Assembly (NCBI GenBank): GCA_038222225.1
Contig: JBBRHV010000003.1
Span: 10,331-74,330, forward strand
From: Candidatus Omnitrophota bacterium
Lineage (GTDB): Bacteria; Omnitrophota; Gorgyraeia; Zapsychrales; JANLHA01
Length of the DNA: 64,000 nucleotides
Direction of reading: 5' to 3'
Each line of letters opens with the position of its first letter. Within the stretch, counting starts at the first letter, position 1. Of the stretch, positions 44,641 to 55,582 are shown piece by piece. The position numbers and the translations under genes are program-made. Under the pieces are notes generated by a model. The model made no database searches, was not told where the DNA came from, and was given only the letters and a program-made list of their open reading frames with translations.

Positions 44641-46017
44641 TTAACCTTCCAAAAGAAACTTGCTCTGATTAGCCGGGATCTTGACCGGATACTGGCCGGA
44701 AAAACAGGCATGACAAAACTGCTGCCCGTCGGTCATTACCGAAAGCATCCCCTGTCGGCTTAAATATCCCAACGAATCCACTTTGATAAATTTCGCGATC
44801 TCCTCCACCGTTTTGCTGGAGGCGATCAGTTCTTTTTTGCTGGGAAAATCAATGCCGTAAAAACACGGCCACTCGATCGGCGGACAGCTGATCCGCATAT
44901 GAATTTCTTTGACCCCGACCGTGCGCAGCTCTTCAATACGGCTACGGCTCGTCGTCCCCCGGACAATGGAATCCTCGACCACCACCACGCGCTTGCCTTT
45001 CAGGACGTCACGGATCGGGTTCAGCTTGACCCGCACCTGAGATTCCCGGATGAATTGGCTCGGCTGAATAAACGTCCTGCCAACATAATGATTGCGAATC
45101 ATGCCGACTTCAAACGGCAGCCCCAGTTCCTGAGCATATCCCAGGGCCGCATAGTTGCCTGAGTCGGGGATCGCGATCACAAAATCCGCGTCTTTCACCG
45201 GATGCTCCTGGGCCAGCCGCGCGCCTAAGCGCTTGCGGGTCAAATACACATTGTCGTCGAAAATATGGCTGTCCGGACGGGCAAAATAAATGTTTTCAAA
45301 AATACAATGGGCGTGCGTTTCCGTTCCGTTCTTGCCGTACTGGTATGTTTCCAGCTTTTCCTTATTGATGATCACCATCTCGCCGGGCTGGATCTCACGG
45401 ATAAATTCCGCCTTGATCAGGTCCAGCGCGCAGCTCTCGCTGGCCAGCACATATCCGTTCACGGATTTGCCCAGGCACAGCGGCCGAAACCCCTGTGGAT
45501 CACGCGCCCCGACGATGGTATCTCCCACCAGAAAAACCAGCGAAAACGCGCCCTCCAGCTGCCGCAGCACATTGGTGAACATTTCCGCCAGGTCGCTCGT
45601 TTTTTCCTTGGCCAATAAATGAACAATGAGCTCCGAGTCCATGGTCGTCTGAAAAAGCGAGCCTTCCGCTTCAAGCCGGCTGAACAGCTCTGCCGTATTG
45701 GTCAGGTTCCCGTTATGGGCGATCGCGATCGGACGCCCCCGGTGCCGCACCAAAAACGGCTGGGTGTTTTTGATATTACTGGAACCGGTCGTCGAATAAC
45801 GGCAATGGCCGATGGCGGCATAGCCTTTGAGCTTCGCCAGGTCCTGCTCGGTCAAGGCGTCGGCAACCAGGCCGGGACCCTTGATCAGATGCACGTCTTC
45901 CCCGTCAAAGGAGGCAACCCCGGCCGCCTCTTCGCCCCGGTGCTGAAGCGCGTAAAGGCCCAGATAGATCGCCTTGCTCGCCTCAGAATGATTTGAAACT
46001 CCGATAATTCCGCACAT
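44641..46017 (-). CDS. purF: Amidophosphoribosyltransferase.
   Basis: MCGIIGV N-terminal nucleophile Cys; PRTase motif VVVVEDSIVRGTT. Confidence 0.95.
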   Translation of the reverse strand: MCGIIGVSNHSEASKAIYLGLYALQHRGEEAAGVASFDGEDVHLIKGPGLVADALTEQDLAKLKGYAAIGHCRYSTTGSSNIKNTQPFLVRHRGRPIAIAHNGNLTNTAELFSRLEAEGSLFQTTMDSELIVHLLAKEKTSDLAEMFTNVLRQLEGAFSLVFLVGDTIVGARDPQGFRPLCLGKSVNGYVLASESCALDLIKAEFIREIQPGEMVIINKEKLETYQYGKNGTETHAHCIFENIYFARPDSHIFDDNVYLTRKRLGARLAQEHPVKDADFVIAIPDSGNYAALGYAQELGLPFEVGMIRNHYVGRTFIQPSQFIRESQVRVKLNPIRDVLKGKRVVVVEDSIVRGTTSRSRIEELRTVGVKEIHMRISCPPIEWPCFYGIDFPSKKELIASSKTVEEIAKFIKVDSLGYLSRQGMLSVMTDGQQFCHACFSGQYPVKIPANQSKFLLEG

Positions 46018-46162
46018 ATTTATCCCTCAGTAATGACCTAATGAAAAATCTAAACATGTTGAAACAACTCGAAATATATGGAAACATAAAAACCGCGCGC
46101 ATCAAAACCAACCTGAAATTTTTTTATCGCTCCTACACGCTTCGTATTGGGTATTTCGATTG

Positions 46163-46218
46163 CGTCTTGTGTCCTGCGTCCTGCGTCCTGCGTCCTGTGT
46201 CCTGTGTCCTGTGTCCTG
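46163..46218. repeat. Tandem heptanucleotide repeat GTCCTG(C/T) x about 8 in the purF upstream intergenic region.
   Basis: gtcctgcgtcctgcgtcctgcgtcctgtgtcctgtgtcctgtgtcctgc read directly. Confidence 0.8.
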
Positions 46219-46429
46219 CCCTGCGCAAATCGAAGATTAGCACAGGATTGGCCTCCCACGCAAAATAAAATTTTGAATGGGACCTTCTCTTGGCAAATCT
46301 ACGATTTGCTCAAGGCTATACAAACCTACGGTTTGTGTAGGATGTCTTTTCTATTTCTATTTTGTTTCAATGTGCTTCTTTCTTCTTTCTTCTTTCCGCG
46401 TCCCTCTCCGCCACTGCGTTTCAACGCCT

Positions 46430-49400
46430 TCACTTTTTGTAATGTTCCTGCAGCGAGCACACGGACCAGCCGTTTTTCAAACTGACATCCAGGGCATTCA
46501 CGGCCGCCCAGGCCCCCTGCAAAGTGGTGATGCACGGGATATTGTGCAGGATCGCCGCGGCGCGCATCGCGCGCATATCCGATTGACTGCGCTCTCCCGA
46601 CGGTGTATTTAAAATCAGCTGGATCTTGCCTTCTTCGATCAGTTTTAAAAGATCTTTCCGGCCTTCTCCGCACTTATCAACGACTTTTACCTTCACGCCG
46701 TTGGAACGCAGAACTTTTGCGGTCCCCTTGGTGGCCACCAGATCAAACCCCAGGTCCTCCAGCTTTTTGGCCACAAAAATAATATGCCGCTTGTCCTCGT
46801 CATTCACGCTTAAGAAAATGGTCCCCTTCAGCGGAAGCCCCTGGCCGGCGCAGATCTGAGATTTCGCAAACGCCTCGCCGTATGATAACGCAATCCCCAT
46901 GACTTCGCCAGTCGATTTCATTTCCGGGCCGAGCACAATATCCACACCGGAAAAACGGGAAAACGGCAACACCGATTCCTTAATGGAAAAGTGGCGCGGG
47001 TCTTCGCGTTTGAGCACAAAATCCGAAAGCTTTTTTCCAACCATGACCTGCGCCGCGATCTTCGCGACGGGATTTCCAGTGGCCTTCGCCACAAACGGCA
47101 CGGTTCTCGACGCGCGCGGATTGACCTCCAGAACAAAAACATGACTGCCTTTGATGGCATACTGAATATTTAACAACCCGACCACTTTGAGGCCCAGCGC
47201 AATGTCGCGGGTGTGCTGGCGGATACGCTCGATCACGGATTCGCCGATGGTCGGAGGCGGGATCACGCAGGCCGAATCCCCGGAATGGATTCCGGCATTC
47301 TCAATGTGCTCCATGATTCCGGCGACAAAAACGTCTTCGCCGTCACAGATGGCATCCACATCGACTTCAATAGCGTCTTCAATAAATTTGTCGATCAGGA
47401 TCGGCCGCCCTTCGGAAACCTCCTTGGCCTCATCAATAAAGGACAGCATGGTCTTTTCATCGTACACAATTTTCATCGCGCGGCCGCCCAGGACGTAGGA
47501 CGGGCGCGCCAAAACCGGAAATCCGATCGAGCGGGCCGCTTTCAAGGCCTCCTCCGTGGAGGACGCGCACCCGTTGGCAGGCTGTTCCACGCCTAATTTG
47601 GAAATGAACGCCGAGAACCGCTCGCGGTTCTCGGCCATATCGATGGAATCAACCGTCGTCCCCACAATCGGCACGCCGGCCTGCTCCAGGCGATGGGCCA
47701 AATTCAAGGGTGTCTGTCCGCCGTACTGCACGATCACTCCGTCAGGCTTTTCGACATCCACAATATTCATCACGTCTTCAAAGGTCAGCGGCTCAAAATA
47801 CAAACGGTCGGAGGTGTCATAATCGGTCGAGACGGTCTCCGGATTGGAATTGACCATGATCGTCTCGTAGCCCAATTCCTTCATCGCGAAAGACGCGTGA
47901 CAGCAGCAGTAATCAAACTCGATCCCCTGGCCGATCCGGTTGGGGCCGCCCCCTAAAATCATAATTTTTCTGCGCGCGCCCAGCCGCTCATCCATCTTGC
48001 GGTTTTCCAGAACCGCCTCATCCTCAGTCTCATAAGTGGAATAATAATACGGCGTGTACGCCTCAAACTCCGCCGCGCAGGTATCCACCTGCTTGAAAGT
48101 GGCCACGATCCCTAAATTTTTGCGCTTGACGCGGAACTCCAGTTCGGACACCTTCAAAAACTGCGCCATTTGCGCGTCGCTAAAACCCTGTTCCTTGGCT
48201 TTGCGTATCGTCTCTTTGGACAGATCCCCGCTCTTCTCGATCTCCGCCGTCATCTCGCGCTCGAAATTGATCAGCTGCTGAATGTGGGCCAGGAACCAGA
48301 CATCGATCTTGCTGATCTGAGCGACCTCTTCAACCGTCATTCCCTTTTGCAGCGCGTATTTCAGATAAAAAATTCGCGAGGCGTTGGGTTCCATCAGGCG
48401 TTTCCGGATCTTTTCATCCGCGATATCTTTAGACTGCAGTTTATTGTCCAGTCCGATATGCCCGATTTCCAGTCCGCGCAGCGCCTTCTGCAGCGCCTCC
48501 TTGAAGGTGCGTCCAATGGCCATGGTTTCTCCGACGGATTTCATCTGAATGCCCAAAAGATCCTGCGCTTCGGGAAATTTTTCAAATGTAAAACGCGGCG
48601 CCTTCACCACGCAGTAATCGATCGTCGGCTCAAAACTGGCCGGAGTCACGCGGGTAATGTCGTTCCGGATCTCATCCAGGGAATATCCGATCGAAAGCTT
48701 GGCCGCAAATTTGGCGATCGGAAAACCCGTCGCTTTACTGGCCAAGGCCGAACTTCTGGAAACGCGCGGGTTCATCTCGATAACCACCATGCGCCCGTCT
48801 TTGGGGTCCACCGCGAACTGAATATTGGACCCGCCGGTCTCCACGCCGATCTCCCGGATCAACGCCAAGGAGGCGTTACGCATATTCTGATATTCGGCGT
48901 CCGTCAGCGTCTGCTGCGGCGCCACGGTAATGCTGTCTCCGGTATGCACACCCATCGGATCCAGGTTCTCGATCGAGCAGACGATCACCACATTATCTTT
49001 ACAGTCCCGCATGACCTCAAGCTCAAACTCTTTCCACCCCTCGATGGACTCCTCCACCAGGATCTCATGAATGACGCTGCTTGCGATCCCCAGCGCCGCC
49101 ATTTTTGGAAAATCTTCTTTGACCCGTACAATTCCGCCGCCGGTCCCACCCAGCGTGAACGACGAGCGTATGATCAGCGGAAATCCGATCTCCTCGGCAG
49201 CCTTCATCGCCTCATCCATATTATAAGCGAACGCGCTGCGCGGAAGGTCCAACCCGATGCTTTGCACCGCCCGTTTAAAATGTTCCCGGTCTTCCGCTTT
49301 TTTGATCACCTCGTAATCCGCGCCGATCATCTTGACGTTATGCTTTTTTAAAATCCCCTGCTCATAGAGCGCCATGGCCACGTTCAATCCGGTCTGCCCT

Positions 49401-49672
49401 CCCAGCGTCGGCAAAATAGCGTCCGGTTTTTCTTTCTCGATGATCTTCTCAATGAACTCCGGCGTCAGCGGCTCAATATAGGTATGATCCGCGGTCTCCG
49501 GATCAGTCATGATAGTGGCCGGATTGGAATTGACCAGTACAACCTCAAACCCTTCCTGACGAAGGGCCTTGCAGGCCTGGGTCCCGGAATAATCGAACTC
49601 ACACGCCTGGCCGATCACGATCGGGCCGGAGCCGATTAATAAAATTTTATGGATATCTGTACGTTTTGGCAT
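46430..49672 (-). CDS. carB: Carbamoyl-phosphate synthase large subunit.
   Basis: 1080 aa; [29 protein letters not shown] and duplicated ATP-grasp halves. Confidence 0.95.
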   Translation of the reverse strand: MPKRTDIHKILLIGSGPIVIGQACEFDYSGTQACKALRQEGFEVVLVNSNPATIMTDPETADHTYIEPLTPEFIEKIIEKEKPDAILPTLGGQTGLNVAMALYEQGILKKHNVKMIGADYEVIKKAEDREHFKRAVQSIGLDLPRSAFAYNMDEAMKAAEEIGFPLIIRSSFTLGGTGGGIVRVKEDFPKMAALGIASSVIHEILVEESIEGWKEFELEVMRDCKDNVVIVCSIENLDPMGVHTGDSITVAPQQTLTDAEYQNMRNASLALIREIGVETGGSNIQFAVDPKDGRMVVIEMNPRVSRSSALASKATGFPIAKFAAKLSIGYSLDEIRNDITRVTPASFEPTIDYCVVKAPRFTFEKFPEAQDLLGIQMKSVGETMAIGRTFKEALQKALRGLEIGHIGLDNKLQSKDIADEKIRKRLMEPNASRIFYLKYALQKGMTVEEVAQISKIDVWFLAHIQQLINFEREMTAEIEKSGDLSKETIRKAKEQGFSDAQMAQFLKVSELEFRVKRKNLGIVATFKQVDTCAAEFEAYTPYYYSTYETEDEAVLENRKMDERLGARRKIMILGGGPNRIGQGIEFDYCCCHASFAMKELGYETIMVNSNPETVSTDYDTSDRLYFEPLTFEDVMNIVDVEKPDGVIVQYGGQTPLNLAHRLEQAGVPIVGTTVDSIDMAENRERFSAFISKLGVEQPANGCASSTEEALKAARSIGFPVLARPSYVLGGRAMKIVYDEKTMLSFIDEAKEVSEGRPILIDKFIEDAIEVDVDAICDGEDVFVAGIMEHIENAGIHSGDSACVIPPPTIGESVIERIRQHTRDIALGLKVVGLLNIQYAIKGSHVFVLEVNPRASRTVPFVAKATGNPVAKIAAQVMVGKKLSDFVLKREDPRHFSIKESVLPFSRFSGVDIVLGPEMKSTGEVMGIALSYGEAFAKSQICAGQGLPLKGTIFLSVNDEDKRHIIFVAKKLEDLGFDLVATKGTAKVLRSNGVKVKVVDKCGEGRKDLLKLIEEGKIQLILNTPSGERSQSDMRAMRAAAILHNIPCITTLQGAWAAVNALDVSLKNGWSVCSLQEHYKK

Positions 49673-49907
49673 ATTTTATATCTTAAGAAATAGAAATATA
49701 TAGAAACAAATAAAACACAATTAAAATCCTTAGGAACACATAGAAATATTTAGAAATATTTTGAAACAAAAACCCAAATATCATTGTGCTGATTAATTAA
49801 TTTCTCTTTTCCGCCTCTTCCTTTTATTTCTACTTATTTCCATTTATTTCAACATGTTTCAACCTGCTTCAAGTGTATTTCCACTATATTTCAATGATGT
49901 TTCACTT

Positions 49908-51011
49908 TTACTTCTTGTGCTCTTCCATTAATGTAATAAAATCCTCAAACAAATACTGCGCATCATGCGGCCCCGGCGCTGCTTCCGGATGATGCTGGAC
50001 CGCGTAGATCGGATATTCTTTATGCCGAATACCCTCGACCGTCTGATCGTTCAAATTCGTATTGATAATTTCAATCTTGTTCTTATCCAGGGAATCCATA
50101 TCGACGCAGAACCCGTGGTTCTGTGCCGTGATCCCGATCCGCCCGTTCCGGGAATCCAGAACCGGATGATTGGCGCCGTGATGGCCAAACTTCAATTTAA
50201 AAGTGCGGCCACCCAAGGCCAGGCCCATGATCTGGTTTCCCAGACAAATACCGAAGATCGGCAGCTTCCCGATCGCCTTTTTGGCCTCCAAGATCACATA
50301 CGGCACCGCCGCCGGATCACCCGGCCCATTGGAAATAAACAGTCCATCGGGCTTATACGCCATGATCTGTTCCAGCGTTGTCCCGGCCGGAACCACCTGG
50401 CATTCACATCCCAGACGGGCAAAAATGCGCAAAATATTAAATTTAACCCCGCAATCAATGACCGCCACCCGGAAGCGCGGACGGTCCTTAAATTCACCGT
50501 CGGCAGGCCACACATACGGCGCCTTGCAGGCAACCGCCTTGACCCAATCCGCCCCTTCCATCGAAGGAACCTTTTTCATCTTTTGGGCCAAACTCTTTTG
50601 GTCCAGATCATCCGTGGAAATGATCGCCCGCATCGCTCCGCGCTCACGGATATGACGCGTCAAGGCCCGGGTATCAATCCCCTCAACAGCCATGATCTGA
50701 TGACGGTTTAAATAATCGATCAGGCTCTCGGTAGCCCGAAAATTAGAATGGTAGCGGCAGAATTCCTTAACGAGAAAACCTTTAACATGCACACCGTCGG
50801 ATTCGACGTCTGTTTGATTGACGCCGTAATTGCCTATCAACGGATAGGTCATGGTGACAATTTGGCCGGCATAACTGGGATCGGTGAGAATTTCCTGATA
50901 ACCGCTCATCGCGGTATTAAAGACAACTTCGCCTGAAGTTTCGCCCGCGGTCGCAAGCGTTTGACCGTAATAACAAGTTCCATCTTCTAAATAAACAACT
51001 GCATTTTTCAT
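49908..51011 (-). CDS. carA: Carbamoyl-phosphate synthase small subunit (glutamine amidotransferase).
   Basis: N-terminal CPSase_sm domain + GATase GICLGNQ. Confidence 0.95.
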   Translation of the reverse strand: MKNAVVYLEDGTCYYGQTLATAGETSGEVVFNTAMSGYQEILTDPSYAGQIVTMTYPLIGNYGVNQTDVESDGVHVKGFLVKEFCRYHSNFRATESLIDYLNRHQIMAVEGIDTRALTRHIRERGAMRAIISTDDLDQKSLAQKMKKVPSMEGADWVKAVACKAPYVWPADGEFKDRPRFRVAVIDCGVKFNILRIFARLGCECQVVPAGTTLEQIMAYKPDGLFISNGPGDPAAVPYVILEAKKAIGKLPIFGICLGNQIMGLALGGRTFKLKFGHHGANHPVLDSRNGRIGITAQNHGFCVDMDSLDKNKIEIINTNLNDQTVEGIRHKEYPIYAVQHHPEAAPGPHDAQYLFEDFITLMEEHKK

Positions 51012-51162
51012 AAAATTTTTCTATAAAAAAGGCCCTCTCAAGTCAAAGACTTCGGAGGGCGCCATTGCCCTAAAACCCGCACTACTATAGCGGGCGAGCC
51101 TGCCTTTGTCAAGACTTTTCCTGTAAAAATATCAATTATTGTCGTCGAGAAATCACAAACAC

Positions 51163-51684
51163 TCAAGGAGCCGCTTGTTCCTGGGACAATCCCTGAAGAA
51201 GCACTAAAGCACGCCGAAAATTCTCTTCATTCCGCTCTTTCTGGAAGATCAAAAGACTTTTTTCCGCGTTGGCAATGGCCTGCTCTTTATCGCCCTGCAG
51301 ACCATTGGTAATGGCCAAAAGATAATACAATTCTCCCTGATCCGGAGCCACCCGTAACGCGGCCATGTAGGTCTGAGACGCATTATCAAAATCATTTAAA
51401 TGCATATAGGTCTGCCCCAGAACCAGATAGGGCTGTAGATCCTGAGGATTGCTTTGAATAGCCAATATCAGATTTTGTACCGCCTCTGCCGGCTTAGAGT
51501 CTTGAAGATAGGTGATCGCCTTAGCCAGATATTCGCCGCCCTGCTTGGACTGTGGCGTCTCTACAGAAGCTGTTTGCTCCTGCTGAGTCGTTTGAGGTTG
51601 AGGTGGTTTCTGGCATCCTGTCAGCACAAACATGACCGCCATCACAAAGGCTAGACGTTTCATATACCTGCTCCTTATGTTCAA
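51163..51684 (-). CDS. TPR-repeat lipoprotein.
   Basis: LTGC lipobox; TPR-like helices (AEAVQNLILAIQSNP..., YMAALRVAPDQGELYYLLAI). Confidence 0.6.
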   Translation of the reverse strand: MNIRSRYMKRLAFVMAVMFVLTGCQKPPQPQTTQQEQTASVETPQSKQGGEYLAKAITYLQDSKPAEAVQNLILAIQSNPQDLQPYLVLGQTYMHLNDFDNASQTYMAALRVAPDQGELYYLLAITNGLQGDKEQAIANAEKSLLIFQKERNEENFRRALVLLQGLSQEQAAP

Positions 51685-51821
51685 TGATTAAAATTTAGTT
51701 TATTATACTATAGAATATAGATATATCAATCTTTAGAACATCAGATTGTCGCCTTCTTTTCCTATCCATAAATTCTTGAAAACAAATGGCTTACATAATT
51801 TTTAAAATATAAACCGTTTTA

Positions 51822-52498
51822 TTATGGAGTTTGACCCAGAAAATGCATGATATTGACATTCTCAACAACACTGACCACAGCCGGAGAAAGCCCGGTCCGG
51901 TCTTCTTTAAGAAAACCCTCTGGTGTATCCAGCGCTTGAGCCCATCCCTGCCGAAACGTCTCAATGTTTCCAACCGTTTCCACGTCGATTCTTTTTAAAT
52001 CAATACCACCCGTAGGCACCCCTTCATCGACCGGCCCGCCGCTGAAACGACAAAGCTCACCTCACTCCCAGCGCCCCTCCCCGCTCCCCCTTCCCGCGGC
52101 TTGGCCTGATACGCCAAGAACCGCGCCGCGACCTGTCTCATGAAAGATTTAAACCTTTTTCCATGCGTAAAAACGCCCTCTTCTTCCTCCGACACAAAAA
52201 ACGTTTCTCCGGCCCATTTCGGTCTGCCCAAAATCCGCTGCAATAATACGATCCTGCTCATAAGGGGATAGGTTGACCCAGAAATCCTCTTCCGGAATAG
52301 CCAAGCCGGTGAGAAAGAAATGATCAAAGATTCGCTTTCTTCTTTTAAAGATTCCTCGAACGCCTCTTGAGAGCCGGTATCCACAATAAAATCAAATTCA
52401 AAAGGCTTATCCAAATCAAACTGCAGGCCCTTTAAAAGAACTGGGCTGTAGGGTGGACTGAAGGTGACCAGTTGCCCAACAACGGGCAAAGTTGGCAT
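51822..52498 (-). pseudogene. Two overlapping ORFs in different frames (51995..52498 and 51822..52019) with low-complexity junction; possible frameshifted or decayed gene, function unknown.
   Basis: ORF track only. No motif recognised. Confidence 0.2.
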
Positions 52499-52662
52499 GG
52501 GTTAAGCCAAACAAGGGTGAGGATATATAGAATAAAAAGGGGGAACTCCTAAAAATGCAATAAAAATTGCTTTTTAAAAATAAAAAGTACTAATTTTCGT
52601 ATGTTTTTGCCTATTACACATAATATAAATATATATTTTTCAAAACATCCCTGCTTTTTTGT

Positions 52663-54048
52663 TTGCACTTTTCACGGTTTTTCAGTACAGTATCTTGCAT
52701 GACTCTCTGGATTCTCGGCTTTTTCATTCTGCTGCTCTTGATCGGATTCAAGGTTTCAGCAAAAACCAAAAACCCTTCTCAATTTTATATTGCAGGCGGT
52801 AGCAATTCTCTTTGGATCACGACTGCCAGTCTTCTGGCCACGATCCTGGGCAGTTCCGCGATCTTAGGAACGATCTCATTAAGTTTTAAGATCGGCTGGG
52901 CCGCCGTCTGGCTGATGCTCTCTGCCAGCCTGGGGCTTTTTGCCTTAGTCCCTCTTTCCAAATACGTGCGGCGTTACGGCCAATTTACCCTGCCGGAACT
53001 CTTTGGAAAATTCTTCGGCCCGCAAGCCTTCCGCATCTCTTCGATCATGATCCCCATTGCCTGGACCGGGGTCATCGCGGCTCAAATCATTGGCGGCGGA
53101 AAAATTTTAAATGCGGTCACGCCTTTAAGCTATCCGGCCGGCTGCGTCTGCTGCGGAACCATCTTTATCGGATACACCCTTTTGGGCGGGCAGCTTTCCA
53201 TTCTCAAAACCGATTTCTGGCAGGCCTTACTCATTCTTGCCGGACTGATCACCACGGCTTTCTTCGCAGCCAAAACCCTTGCCGCTCCTTTCGCGCATAC
53301 ACCGCTCAACACCTTTCCCTTTAACGCGCATTTTATGCCGCTGGATCTGGGGATTCTGCTTTTGACCTATGCATCGACTTTTCTGGTGGGTCCTGATATT
53401 TATTCGAGGCTGTTCTGCGCCCGCGACGAACGCACGGCAACCCATAGCGTTCTCTTAACGGCCGCTCTTCTGATCCCCGTAGGGATCCTGTTAACCATGA
53501 TCGGAATCTTCTCTCAGGCGTTATTTCCGTCTGCAGGAGCACGCACTCTGCAATCACTGATCCAAACCCTGCAATTTCTGCTGCCCCCGTGGGCGTTTGT
53601 GGTGATGGTCTTAGGCCTGTTGTCCGCCGTCCTGTCCTCGGCGGATACCACGCTTTTGACCTCGGCCACGATCTTTAACGGGTTGTTTCAGAATTTAAAA
53701 GACTCGGCCTCCATCGCCTTTACCCGGCTCTGGATCGGAATTTTCGGAATCCTGAGCACAACCATCGCGCTCTTTTTTACCAGCATTATTGAAGTCCTGC
53801 TCTTGGCCTTCTCATTTTTTTCCGGAGCCTTCTTGATCCCGGCGGTGGCGGGCTTACTGGGAAAGAAATTTTCACAACGGCGCATCTCCTGGGCCATGCT
53901 CACCGGCGGAACGCTGGCTTTAGCCGGAAAACTCACCGCCCTGTTCCTAAGTCCCACCACCGGACCCCTGCTGATCCTCGCGGCCTTCATGATCAATGCG
54001 GCGATTCTTTTTGTGCCGACACCTCAAACAAAAAAGCCGTTGGCTTAA
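52663..54048 (+). CDS. Sodium:solute symporter (SSS/SLC5) family transporter.
   Basis: 12-13 TM; N-terminal KNPSQFYIAGGSNSLWITTASLLATILGSSAILG typical of SSS family. Confidence 0.7.
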   Translation: MHFSRFFSTVSCMTLWILGFFILLLLIGFKVSAKTKNPSQFYIAGGSNSLWITTASLLATILGSSAILGTISLSFKIGWAAVWLMLSASLGLFALVPLSKYVRRYGQFTLPELFGKFFGPQAFRISSIMIPIAWTGVIAAQIIGGGKILNAVTPLSYPAGCVCCGTIFIGYTLLGGQLSILKTDFWQALLILAGLITTAFFAAKTLAAPFAHTPLNTFPFNAHFMPLDLGILLLTYASTFLVGPDIYSRLFCARDERTATHSVLLTAALLIPVGILLTMIGIFSQALFPSAGARTLQSLIQTLQFLLPPWAFVVMVLGLLSAVLSSADTTLLTSATIFNGLFQNLKDSASIAFTRLWIGIFGILSTTIALFFTSIIEVLLLAFSFFSGAFLIPAVAGLLGKKFSQRRISWAMLTGGTLALAGKLTALFLSPTTGPLLILAAFMINAAILFVPTPQTKKPLA

Positions 54049-54086
54049 ATACAGCCAACGGCTTTTCATCTGGTCATTGTGTTGAA

Positions 54087-55520
54087 TTAAATTTTGTCTT
54101 TTAGAAACTTATGAACACCCTCGGCGGCCAGCTGGCCTTCTTTAATAGCCCAAACCACCAGGGATTGCCCGCGGCGCAAGTCACCTGCCGCAAACACGCC
54201 CTTAACGCTGGTCATAAAATTCTGATCCGCTTTGACATTACCCCGTTCGTCCATTTCAATGCCGAGCTCTTCCACGGCTCCGCTACGGACCGGTCCGAGA
54301 AAGCCCATGGCCAAAAAAACATAATCACAATCCACTTCGAATTCTGAACCCGGGATCTCGTTCATTGAACGCCGACCAGTCTTAGGGTCCTTCTCGCCGA
54401 ATTCCAAGCGCACGGCATGGAGTTTTTTCAGCACGCCGTCGGTGCCGGTCAACCTCTTGGTCAAAACACAATATTCCTGCTGAACGCCTTCTTCATGCGA
54501 ACTGGACTTACGCTCAACAAAGGCCCACTGCGGCCAGGGATTATCCGGCGCGCGATCCTTTGGAGGACGAGGAAGCAACTCAAACTGTTTAACGCTCGCC
54601 GCACCCTGACGGTTGGATGTCCCCACGCAATCCGAGCCCGTATCCCCTCCACCGAGAACGACCACCTTCCTGCCTTTGACATCAATCCGCCCGCCTTCCA
54701 ATTTCAGCCCGCTGTTCAGACGGTTCTGCTGGGTCAGGAACTCCATGGCAAAATAGACGCCCTTCAGGTCTTCTCTGCCGGGGACATTCAGATCGCGCGG
54801 CGCTTCCGCTCCGCCGGAAAGAACGATGGCATCATATTTGTTCTTCAGCGCTGACAATGTCACGTCCCGACCGACATGAACAGCCGTTTTAAATTCAACG
54901 CCTTCCTTTTTCATGATTTCAAGACGGCGGTCAATCACTTTTTTATTCAGTTTAAAATCCGGAATTCCGAAGCGCAGCAAACCGCCAATGCGTTCGTTCT
55001 TTTCATACACGACAACCTTATGGCCGTACTTATTCAGCTGATCAGCGCAGGCTAAACCGGCCGGGCCGGATCCCACAATGGCCACGGTCTTCCCGGTGCG
55101 CGTTTTCGGGGGACGGGGCTTAACCCAGCCCTCTTCATAGGCCCGTTCAATGATCATCAATTCAATGTTTTTAATGGTCACCGCCGGAAAATTATATCCC
55201 AAAACACAGGAATTTTCGCACGGCGCCGGACAGATGCGCCCGGTAAATTCAGGAAAATTATTTGTCTTAAACAAACGATCGATCGCCTCTTCCCAGCGGT
55301 CCTGATACACCAGTTCGTTCCACTCCGGGATCAAATTATCCACCGGGCAGCCGGACTGACAAAAAGGAATTCCGCAATCCATGCAGCGGGCGCCCTGGGC
55401 CTGGATCTCTTCGTTCTTCAGGAACTTCGTGAATTCATTCCAGTGCTTCAGGCGTTCGCCGACCGGCTCCTTGTCCAGATCCTGACGGTCGTGTTTTAGA
55501 AATCCTTTTACTTCTCCCAT
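54087..55520 (-). CDS. gltD: Glutamate synthase small (beta) subunit, NADPH-dependent.
   Basis: Two Cys clusters ([23 protein letters not shown]), FAD/NAD dinucleotide motif [14 protein letters not shown]. Confidence 0.9.
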   Translation of the reverse strand: MGEVKGFLKHDRQDLDKEPVGERLKHWNEFTKFLKNEEIQAQGARCMDCGIPFCQSGCPVDNLIPEWNELVYQDRWEEAIDRLFKTNNFPEFTGRICPAPCENSCVLGYNFPAVTIKNIELMIIERAYEEGWVKPRPPKTRTGKTVAIVGSGPAGLACADQLNKYGHKVVVYEKNERIGGLLRFGIPDFKLNKKVIDRRLEIMKKEGVEFKTAVHVGRDVTLSALKNKYDAIVLSGGAEAPRDLNVPGREDLKGVYFAMEFLTQQNRLNSGLKLEGGRIDVKGRKVVVLGGGDTGSDCVGTSNRQGAASVKQFELLPRPPKDRAPDNPWPQWAFVERKSSSHEEGVQQEYCVLTKRLTGTDGVLKKLHAVRLEFGEKDPKTGRRSMNEIPGSEFEVDCDYVFLAMGFLGPVRSGAVEELGIEMDERGNVKADQNFMTSVKGVFAAGDLRRGQSLVVWAIKEGQLAAEGVHKFLKDKI

Positions 55521-55582
55521 AATACGAATCCTCTTTAAAAGGGACACCGAGCTTAATCATAAACCCGATCTCCATGTTCGCT

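Noticed and set aside
46163-46218. CRISPR array
   Set aside because: Only 7-bp units with no spacers. No cas genes anywhere in the window. This is a microsatellite.
46626-51000. Numerous plus-strand ORFs inside carB, carA, gltB, gltD (for example 48170..49351, 49965..50711, 56246..57094)
   Set aside because: Antisense to strongly supported conserved enzymes, and the translations are Arg/His/Gln-rich junk.
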